Assembly (NCBI GenBank): GCA_046094745.1
Contig: JBJTHX010000145.1
Location: forward strand, 1-29,870
Direction: 5' to 3'
DNA: 29,870 bases
Origin: Planctomycetia bacterium
Lineage (GTDB): Bacteria > Planctomycetota > Planctomycetia > Pirellulales > UBA1268
Part shown: one piece after another, positions 9,356 through 18,294 of the stretch
Position numbering within the stretch: the first letter of the stretch is position 1
How the letters are laid out: each line of letters starts with the position of its first letter
Program-made: the position numbers and the translations under genes
The notes under the pieces: model-generated
What the model was told of the DNA's origin: nothing
Database searches by the model: none
Seen by the model: the letters and a program-made list of their open reading frames with translations, nothing else

Positions 9356-10135
9356 ATGACAGCCCGTCCCGCACCGTCGTTCCCGCCCCCCGGCTCGGCC
9401 CGCCGGCCGCTGGCGGTGTGGCTCGCCGGCCGGATCGGCTGGGATGCGTATGCGACGCTGGCTGAGCGGCTGGCATGGGAAGTGTCGGAGCCCGGCGGCC
9501 GGCCGCCGACGCTCCTCGTGAGCGAACTCGAGCCCGCGATCACGATCGGTCGGCTCGGGTCGCGGGCCGACATCGACTTCAGCGCCGAGGACCTGCGGAG
9601 CCGCGGGCTCGATGTCCGGTTCGTCGGCCGCGGCGGCGGCGCGGTGCTCCACGGGCCGGGGCAGGTGTTCGTGGCGCTGTTCGCGGCGCTCGAGGATCTT
9701 GGCCTCGGCCGGCACGATGTCGGCGGCTACGTGGAGCGGTTCCAGGCGGGTCTGGAGGCGGCGGTGCGGAGGCTCGGCGCGAGCCCCGGCCGCCAGACGG
9801 GAAAGCATGCCCTGTTCGGCCGCACGGGGCTGTTGGCGGCGGTTGGCATCGCCGTCCGCCGCGGCGTCGCCAGCCATGGCGGGTTCGTGAACGTCTGCCC
9901 GGCGCTCGAGCCGTTTCGCCAGGTGCACGTCGCGGTCGCCGCGGGGGAGGGCGTCGTGACGATGGGCTCGCTGGAGGCCGAGATCCGCCGCAAGGTGCGG
10001 ATGCAGGACGCCCGCACGGCGCTCGTCGAGGGGCTCGCGGCCGCCTGCGGGTTTCCGCGGTCGCAGATCCAGTCGGGCTTCCCGTTCGCGATCCCGCAGC
10101 CGGCCGGCCAGGCACGGTTCAGCCGCGTTGGATGA
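9356..10135 (+). CDS. LipB-like protein (BPL/LplA/LipB fold), catalytic residues apparently absent
   Basis: ELEPAITIGRLG, GRGGGAVLHGPGQ and SHGGFVNV match the LipB scaffold, and the gene sits directly upstream of lipA. ATG at 9356 is in frame with track ORF 7910-10135. Confidence 0.75.
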   Translation: MTARPAPSFPPPGSARRPLAVWLAGRIGWDAYATLAERLAWEVSEPGGRPPTLLVSELEPAITIGRLGSRADIDFSAEDLRSRGLDVRFVGRGGGAVLHGPGQVFVALFAALEDLGLGRHDVGGYVERFQAGLEAAVRRLGASPGRQTGKHALFGRTGLLAAVGIAVRRGVASHGGFVNVCPALEPFRQVHVAVAAGEGVVTMGSLEAEIRRKVRMQDARTALVEGLAAACGFPRSQIQSGFPFAIPQPAGQARFSRVG

Positions 10136-11087
10136 AAGGCCACCCGCGATGCAGCCCATCTCCCTGCCGATCGTCGATGCCGGCGCGACCGCGGCGCCGG
10201 CCTGCGGCGGTGCCGCGGTCGCTCCGGCCGTAGGCCCACGGCGGCTGCCGCCATGGCTGCGGCAGAATCTCGGCCCCGGCGGTGGGCATGCCGAGACGGC
10301 CCACCTGATCGCGGAACTCGACCTGGAGACGGTCTGCTCGTCGGCCAAGTGCCCCAATCGCCTGGAGTGCTGGTCGCAGCGGACGGCGACCTTCATGATC
10401 CTCGGCAACGTCTGCACCCGGCCCTGCGGCTTCTGCTCGGTGCCCAAGGGAAGAACGGAGGAACTCGAGCACGACGAGCCCGAGCGGGTGGCCGAGGCGG
10501 CTCGGCGGCTGGGCCTTGCGCACGTGGTGCTCACGAGCGTCACGCGGGACGACCTGCCCGACGGCGGCGCCGACCACTTCCGCCGCACGGTCGAGGCGGT
10601 GCGGGCCGCGACCGGCGCCTCGATCGAGGTGCTCGTCCCGGACTTCATCGGCAAGGCAGGGGCCCTCGAGCGGCTCATGGCGTCGCAGCCCGAGGTCTTC
10701 AACCACAATACGGAGACGGTGCCGCGGCTCTATCGTCAGGTGCGCGGCCGCAAGAGCGTCTACACGTGGACGCTCGAACTTCTTGCCCGTGCCAAGCGGC
10801 TGATGCCCGCGACGCGGACCAAGAGCGGCCTGATGCTCGGGCTCGGTGAGACGCGGGACGAGCTGCTCGACGTGTTCGCCGACCTGCTCGATCACGGCGT
10901 CGACTTCCTCACGCTTGGCCAGTACCTCCAGCCCATGCTCGACGCGCTCCCGGTCGAGCGGTACGTGCCGCCGGAGGAGTTCGACGAGCTGGGCAGGCTG
11001 GCCCGGGCGATGGGGTTCAAGCAGGTGGCGAGCGGGCCGCTCGTGCGGTCGAGTTACCACGCCCGCGAGATGGCGGCGGGTGGCTGA
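10128..11087 (+). CDS. lipA: Lipoyl synthase (radical SAM); start may be the ATG at 10149
   Basis: CSSAKCPNRLEC (CX4CX5C), CTRPCGFC (CX3CX2C), FNHNTETVPRLY, TKSGLMLGLGE, LTLGQYLQP and C-terminal VRSSYHA. Confidence 0.97.
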   Translation: MDERPPAMQPISLPIVDAGATAAPACGGAAVAPAVGPRRLPPWLRQNLGPGGGHAETAHLIAELDLETVCSSAKCPNRLECWSQRTATFMILGNVCTRPCGFCSVPKGRTEELEHDEPERVAEAARRLGLAHVVLTSVTRDDLPDGGADHFRRTVEAVRAATGASIEVLVPDFIGKAGALERLMASQPEVFNHNTETVPRLYRQVRGRKSVYTWTLELLARAKRLMPATRTKSGLMLGLGETRDELLDVFADLLDHGVDFLTLGQYLQPMLDALPVERYVPPEEFDELGRLARAMGFKQVASGPLVRSSYHAREMAAGG

Positions 11088-11140
11088 GCGGGCCGGTGGC
11101 GGGTACCCTCGCTCTCTTCCCTCACCCCGGAGCATCTTCC

Positions 11141-11875
11141 ATGGCCTCCTCCAGCGTCCCCGGCCTCGACTCGATCCGCGACCTGTTCACCTCGGCCGAG
11201 CGGGCGGTGCTCGAGGCGACCGCCGGCAGGAAACTCGTCGCCGCGTCGCGGAAGCAACTCGAGAAGAACCTCGCCCAGGCCCGCACGCTCCGTGACAAGT
11301 GGCGCGACCTGCACGCGGGACAGGCACGGAAGACGAAGCGGGCGGCGGGCGGCGCCCAGGCAAATGCCCGCAGCCGGACGAAGGCCGATGCGTTCGCCGC
11401 CGGCATCGAGCGGATCCAGGCGCGGCTCACCGAGTTCGGGCTCGTGCCGGCGCCGGTCCGGTCGCAGCCGGGAGTGACGAAGGCCGTCCGCCAGGCCGGC
11501 CACCGTTCCGCGCGGGCACGCGTGCGGGGCGGCCTCGCCGCGGCCGCTGCCGAGATCACCCGCGGCCGCGGTGCCGCGCCGGCCGTGAAGCCGGCCGCGA
11601 AGCCGGCGGCCGCGGTGGCCCGGCCCGCTCCGGCGGCGCCGAAGAAGCCGGCGGGCAGGAAGATGAGCAAGAAGCGGCGGCCCGCTGCGACCACGGCGTC
11701 GGTGCTTGCCACGGGCGGGCAGCCGCTGCGGTTCGACGTCGCCAAGCAGCGGTCGGCGAAGGCTTCGGCCACCGCCGCACGGCTGAAGCTCGACGGCAAG
11801 GTGACCCGCCGCGGCGGGCATGTCCTCGCCGCCGGCAAGCGTCGCCAGGCCGCGCGGGACCAGCGGTCGCGTTGA
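11141..11875 (+). CDS. Highly basic Ala/Arg/Lys-rich hypothetical protein (244 aa)
   Basis: GGAG at about 11129-11132 precedes ATG 11141. Helical N-terminus (ARTLRDKWRDL), then a PAAKPAA/PKKPAGRKMSKKRR low-complexity region. Confidence 0.75.
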   Translation: MASSSVPGLDSIRDLFTSAERAVLEATAGRKLVAASRKQLEKNLAQARTLRDKWRDLHAGQARKTKRAAGGAQANARSRTKADAFAAGIERIQARLTEFGLVPAPVRSQPGVTKAVRQAGHRSARARVRGGLAAAAAEITRGRGAAPAVKPAAKPAAAVARPAPAAPKKPAGRKMSKKRRPAATTASVLATGGQPLRFDVAKQRSAKASATAARLKLDGKVTRRGGHVLAAGKRRQAARDQRSR

Positions 11876-11893
11876 CGCGCGGGCGGGGGCCTT

Positions 11894-12938
<1,045 letters not shown>

Positions 12939-12967
<29 letters not shown>

Positions 12968-15440
12968 CAGCAGACACGGGGCGGAGGGCCCGGCTGGGCG
13001 CCTCGATCACGTCGAGGACGTCGGCCGCCGCCCTGCGGGCTTCGTCGTCGGTCGCTCGATTGTACACGCCGTACGCCGCGAGCATTTCCCGGCTCGTGAG
13101 CACGAGCCCGTGGCGGGCCACGCTCGCCTCCAGGGCCGCCAGGGCCCGCCGCCGCGCGGCCTCGGGCAGGTCGTCGCGACCCGCTTCACGGAACAGGGCC
13201 TGCTGTGCCGCGGCCTTGCCGATCGCACCCAGCAGCGACAGCGCCGGCGCCCGCAGTTCCGCATGGTCGAGGGCAGCCTCGGCCGTCCGTAGGCTGGCGG
13301 TGACGTCCTGGCCGCGGCGGCCGAGCCGGGCCAGCAGGACGAGGGCCTCGCGGGCCTGCGCGAGCCGCGCCCGGGCTGCCGCGGCGCGGGAGGCCGGATC
13401 GACGGCCCGCGGGCCGCCGGCCTGGGCCAGCGCGTCGGGAAACCGCGGCGCTCCGTCGGGCCTGCCCGTGCCGGGATCGACCGGCGGCGCGAAGAAACTG
13501 TCGAGCCGGTCGACGATCGCGATCCCGTGGACATCGCAGAACTTGAGGATCAGGTGCTCGAGAAAGCAGCCGCGGCCGTCGTCGTCGAGTGGATCGTCGA
13601 CCACGAGCACGGGCGGCGCGGAACCGATGCCCTGCTGCTGGAGGAACTGCACGGTCTCCAGCGGCGTCGGCCGGATCGTCTGGGCGCCGAGCAGCACGAG
13701 CACCGTGTCGGCCGACTCGCGGGCGGCGAAGACCGCCTCGCGGCCGTCGGCCACGACGACCGGCTCGTAACCGACCCGGGAAACCTGGGTGGCGAGTTCC
13801 TGGGCCACGTCGACGCGGTGGTGGGCCACGACCGCTCGATCGACTCCCGTGGCCGTGGCGGCATGGGCGAGAATGTCGACGACACGACTGGAGCCGGCGT
13901 AGGGCGGTGGGCCGGCGGCCAACGCCAGCGCCCGGGCGGCGGCGAACTGGACCGCGGCATCCGGCACGGCGAGCGCCCGCACGAGGGCCTGACGGGCCGC
14001 CGGCGGGAGGACGGCCGCGGCGGCGCCCTCGGGCTCGAACGCGCGGGCAGCGGCGGCCGCCGCTTCCCACATGCCGTGGGTCACGGCGAGGTCGAGCACC
14101 TCGGCCGCGGCGGCGGCCGAGAAGCCTCCGGGCGGACTGACAGCGTCGCGGAGCCGCCCGGGCTCGATGCGGTCGAGAGCGGTGGCCGGATCACCCGCGA
14201 AGACCAGCGTGGCTTCAAGCCGGGCCAGCAGAGCCAAGCGGACCGCGGCGGGGTCGCGCGGCGCCAGCGCCATGACGTCGCGGGCGAGGTGCATCGCCTC
14301 CTGCACCCGGGCCGCCCGGGGCGGCAGGTTGAGGCGGTCGAACCGCTGCGCCTGCGGATTCCACACGAACCGCTCCACGGAGCCGGTCACCAGACCGCCG
14401 AAGGCGGCCGCCGCCTCCCGGGGGTCGGTCACGGGCTCGAGCCGCAGGTGGTCGACGGCCGGCAGGCCCGCCGGCGAGAGCGTGCGGTCGAGCCGTGCCG
14501 CCAGCCGGGCGACCGCCTCAGGGGCTGATGGGGGAACCGGCGACGCCGGGCCGTCGCCTTGGGCCGCCGCGAGCGCCTGCAAAAGTGACGCGGCCGCCGC
14601 CTGCGCCTCCGGGGGTGTGTCGGCGACGACCGCCGGGGCGAGCAGGAACTCCTCGATGTCCTGGGCCCCACTGGCCGCGAGGGCCGCGATGATGCCGGGC
14701 CAGTGGGCCACGTCGTCGGATGCCAGCCACTCCAGGAGCGGCTGGCGGGCGGCGGCGCCGAGGTCGCGGACGAGACCGCGGGCGAGGGCCGGGGCCGGAG
14801 TTGGCGCGTCGGATTGGAGCACTTCAACCAGCGCCGGCAGCGCGTCCTCGCGGGCCGCCGCCAGCCGCCCAGCCGCGGCCGTGCGGATGGACGTGTCGGG
14901 GGAGGCGAGATCCCGCGCGGCCGCCGCCAGCCGTGCCGGGTCGCGACGCCGCGCGCCGGCCGCCGCGCGGATGGCGGCGATCACCGTGCCGATGGCCGGC
15001 TCCCGCGGCCGCAGTTTCCGGTCGAGGCGGCCGAGGGCGGCGGTGTCGCCGGTGTCGCCGAGGTCGGCGAGCAGGGCGATCCGCTGGTCCCCTGCCTTGT
15101 CCACAGCCTCGACGAGTCGGCCGACGTAACCAAGTGCCACGTCGAGGGCATCGACGTCGGCTGCGCGGATCGCGGCGTCGAGAAACTCGCGCGGCGTGGT
15201 GCGGACCGGGAACGCGAGCGAGTCGACGACCGCCTGCTGCAGGGGATCGAGCGGTTCGACGGGTGCGGCTGCCGCGAGGGCCGCCATGGCGCAGACCGCG
15301 ATCGCCGCGGCGGCACCCCTTCCGCGATCCACGACCCTTGCACTTGCCGTCGCACCCACGAACCCGTTCCCCCGCGTGCCCGCGGCGGCAGCCGGCCGGC
15401 CCGAACCGCCACTGGCGACTGTGTTCGGCAGCCGGGGCAT
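12939..15440 (-). CDS. Large Ala-rich HEAT/ARM-like repeat protein with an embedded receiver-like segment (start uncertain, 15473 to about 15290)
   Basis: HEAT-like units ([24 protein letters not shown]; [21 protein letters not shown]; [13 protein letters not shown]); REC-like stretch [29 protein letters not shown]...PPVLVV; hydrophobic N-terminal segment; overlaps the activator start by 29 nt. Confidence 0.7.
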
Positions 15441-15664
15441 GCGCGGTGGAGTCCCGGATAAGCGTCCGCTCAACTGGCCGAGAGGTCCCCAGGACCCCGC
15501 CGGGCAGGTGTTTCAGCCGGTACATCCCGCAAGGTCCACCAGCGCCCGCGGCGGGATGCGATTGCCGCCATGTGGCCCGCGGTGGCGGTGCGGCAGGGAT
15601 GGCCGCGGTTGAACGCCCGGCCGCCGCTGCCAACAATGATTCCCGTTTTGGGCAGGTCAGCCGC

Positions 15665-16756
15665 ATGCAAGCTCTTCCGCGGTTTCCGGCGGCGGTGCGG
15701 TCGCTCCTCGTCCCGGCGGCGGCCGGCCTCGTGTGCGATGCCGCCTTCTGGTGGGCCGCCGCCGCGGCGCTGCTCCTGGTGGCCGATGTGTTCCGGGCTG
15801 CGGTTCCAGCCCCCCGCGCCTTCGTGGCCCTGCATGCGGGCAGTTGCTTCGTCGCCACGCTCCTGATCCGCTGGTTCACGCGGCGGGAAGGACTACTCGC
15901 TCGGCTGGGCGTGTCGCGCGCCGGAGCCATGGCGGGCAGCCTGATCGTGGCCACGGTCGTCACCACCATCGGCACGGCGGCGGCGGACATCCGCCTGGGA
16001 CTGCCGCCCGCGGCGACGCCCCGGGCCTACCTGATCGCGATGTTCGTCGTGCACCTGGCGCTGCTTGCGACCTGGTGCCTGATCCATTTCGGCCAGCGGC
16101 TGCTGCGGGAGGCGGCGGTGGCCGTGAGACGGACGCGGGAGGCCGAGGCGCAGACGCTCGGCCACCTGCGCAGCCGGCTCGATCCACGGTTCCTGTTGAG
16201 CGCCCTCGGCGCCGTGGCCGCCAGCCGCGACGATCCGCGGGCCATCGACACCGTGAGCCGGGCGCTGGCCAACTACCTGCGGTTCATCGTCGAGCCCTCG
16301 GCGCCCCTCGAGCCGCTTGGCCGGGAGCTCGACGCGGTCGCCGAATACCTCACGGTGCAGCGGGTGATGCGCGGAGACGATCTGCGGGCGACCCTCGAGT
16401 GCGACCCGGCAATCCGTGACATCCCGGTACTGCCGCTGCTGATCCAGCCGCTGGTCGAGAACGCCGTCATGTGCGGCGCATCGCCCGGAGAACCCCTGCA
16501 GATTCTGGTTCGCGCGGCCCGCGATGGCGATGAACTGGTGATCGAGGTCGGGAACACGGGCCGCCGGCTGCAACTCGACCAGACGGAGCCGTCCCGCTCC
16601 ACCCTCCAGGCGCTGCGGCGGCGGCTGGAGTTCTGGAGCGGTCCGGGGGCGACGCTGACCACCTGGGAGGAGGTGGGCTGGGCCTGGGTCACGATGCGGG
16701 TCAGGCTCGAGAGTCGGTACGCGGCGCCGGCGTCGGCGGCCGCGGGGCCGTGCTAG
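15665..16756 (+). CDS. LytS/YehU-type membrane sensor kinase homologue with degenerate catalytic boxes
   Basis: About four N-terminal TM segments, then LRSRLDPRFLLSAL (H-box region), ELDAVAEYLTVQR and LLIQPLVENAV, all characteristic of His_kinase (PF06580) proteins. ATG 15665 is in frame with track ORF 14720-16756. Confidence 0.8.
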   Translation: MQALPRFPAAVRSLLVPAAAGLVCDAAFWWAAAAALLLVADVFRAAVPAPRAFVALHAGSCFVATLLIRWFTRREGLLARLGVSRAGAMAGSLIVATVVTTIGTAAADIRLGLPPAATPRAYLIAMFVVHLALLATWCLIHFGQRLLREAAVAVRRTREAEAQTLGHLRSRLDPRFLLSALGAVAASRDDPRAIDTVSRALANYLRFIVEPSAPLEPLGRELDAVAEYLTVQRVMRGDDLRATLECDPAIRDIPVLPLLIQPLVENAVMCGASPGEPLQILVRAARDGDELVIEVGNTGRRLQLDQTEPSRSTLQALRRRLEFWSGPGATLTTWEEVGWAWVTMRVRLESRYAAPASAAAGPC

Positions 16757-16787
16757 CGGCCGCGCGCGCCGCCGCCGTCATGGGGCC

Positions 16788-18209
16788 TCAGGGTGCCGAT
16801 CCGAGGAGCGTCCGCCAATGGGCGATCTGTGCGGCGACCGCCGCGGGCGCGGTGGAGCCCGCGCTCGCCATCCGCTCGACCGCCCGTGCGGCCCCCAGGG
16901 ACTCGCGCAGGCCGGCGTTCCAGCCGGCGTATTCGCCGGCGAACTCCCCGTCGGTCAGGCCCGCCAACGGCACGCCGCGGTTCATCGCCAGCCGCACGAG
17001 TCGGCCGACGATCTCGTGTCCTGTCCGCTGCGGCACGCCCTGTGCGATGAGCGCCTCCATGAGGCTCGTCGCGTCGAGGTAGCCCCCCTCGAGCGCGGCG
17101 GCCATGCGGCCGCGGTCGAACCGCGTGCCCGCCACGAGCGGCGCGGCCACGCCGAGCACGGCCTCGAGCGTGTCGATCGAGTCGAAGATCGCCTCCTTGT
17201 CCTCCTGGAGGTCGCGGTTGTAGGCGGTGGGCAGTCCCTTGAGCAGCACGAGCAGGCCCTGCAGATTGCCGATCGTGCGGGCCGACTTGCCGCGGACCAG
17301 TTCGAGCACGTCGGGGTTGATCTTCTGTGGCATGATCGAACTGCCGGTGCAGAAGCCCTCCGGCAGCACGAGGAAGCCGAACTCCTGCGTGCTGTAGAGG
17401 ATCCATTCCTCGGCCCACTGCGAGAGGTGGACGGCCGCCAGGGCGATCACGAAGGCCAGTTCGCAGGCGAAGTCGCGGTCGCTCGCCCCGTCGAGGCTGT
17501 TGGCCGCCACGGCATCGAATCCCAGCGCCGTCCGCACCTGGTCGCGATCGATCGGCAGGCTGGTGCCGGCCAGCGCGCCCGAGCCGAGCGGCAGGACGTT
17601 CGTTCGCCGCCGGCAGTCGGCGAGCCGGTCGCGGTCCCGGGCGAGTTTCTCGCACCAGGCGAGCAACTGGTGGGCGGCGAGCAGCGGCTGGGCCCGGCGG
17701 AGGTGGGTGTAGCCGGGGATCACCAGTCCCTGTTCCCGCTCCGCGAAGCCGAGAAAGGCACGCTGCAAGGCGGCGAGGCCCTGGTCGAGGCGGTCGATCG
17801 CCCGGCGGCAGTAGAGTCGCAGGTCGGTCGCGACCTGGTCGTTGCGGCGCCGCGCGGGGTGGAGTTTTCGGCCGGTGTCGCCGAGCCGGGGCGGGGGGGC
17901 CGACTCGATGTGGAGGTGGATGTCCTCCTTCGCCGCGGTGAACTCGAACCGGCCCGCGTGGATCTCGGCACGAATCTCCTCGAGCGCCTGGGCGACGGCG
18001 TCGGCCTCCGGCACCGTCATCAGCCCGCACGCGGCGAGCATCCGCGCGTGCGCGATCGCGCCGTCGACGTCGTCGTCGGCGAGCCGCCGGTCGAACGACA
18101 CGCTCTCGGAAAAGGCCTCCACCCGGCCATCGGTCGGCTCGCGAAACACGCCACCCCAGGCCTTCGCCGCGGGGGTTGCGCGGGGCTGGGGATCGGTCGG
18201 CGGCGGCAC
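16788..18209 (-). CDS. argH: Argininosuccinate lyase
   Basis: WGG..F N-terminus, PGYTHL..AQP, PLGSGALAGT, signature GSSIMPQKINPD, YNRDLQEDK. Start placed at GTG 18209, which has GAGGAG 6 nt upstream. Confidence 0.96.
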   Translation of the reverse strand: MPPPTDPQPRATPAAKAWGGVFREPTDGRVEAFSESVSFDRRLADDDVDGAIAHARMLAACGLMTVPEADAVAQALEEIRAEIHAGRFEFTAAKEDIHLHIESAPPPRLGDTGRKLHPARRRNDQVATDLRLYCRRAIDRLDQGLAALQRAFLGFAEREQGLVIPGYTHLRRAQPLLAAHQLLAWCEKLARDRDRLADCRRRTNVLPLGSGALAGTSLPIDRDQVRTALGFDAVAANSLDGASDRDFACELAFVIALAAVHLSQWAEEWILYSTQEFGFLVLPEGFCTGSSIMPQKINPDVLELVRGKSARTIGNLQGLLVLLKGLPTAYNRDLQEDKEAIFDSIDTLEAVLGVAAPLVAGTRFDRGRMAAALEGGYLDATSLMEALIAQGVPQRTGHEIVGRLVRLAMNRGVPLAGLTDGEFAGEYAGWNAGLRESLGAARAVERMASAGSTAPAAVAAQIAHWRTLLGSAP

Positions 18210-18242
18210 GGCTGGCTCCTCGAAGGTCGGCGGTGAAGCCAA

Positions 18243-18287
18243 ATCCTACTTGGAACCCGACGGGGGCGGAAATGCGGCCGCTACACT
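18243..18287. promoter_or_regulatory. Putative divergent -10 elements for argH and dinG
   Basis: TAGGAT on - (18248-18243) upstream of the argH SD; TACACT on + (18282-18287) ending 7 nt before the dinG ATG. Confidence 0.5.
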
Positions 18288-18294
18288 CTGCCCC

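Noticed and set aside
16730-16790. GC-rich palindromes (two GCGGCCGC) between the convergent kinase and argH genes
   Set aside because: No U-tract, and such palindromes are expected by chance at this GC content; not callable as a terminator or repeat element.
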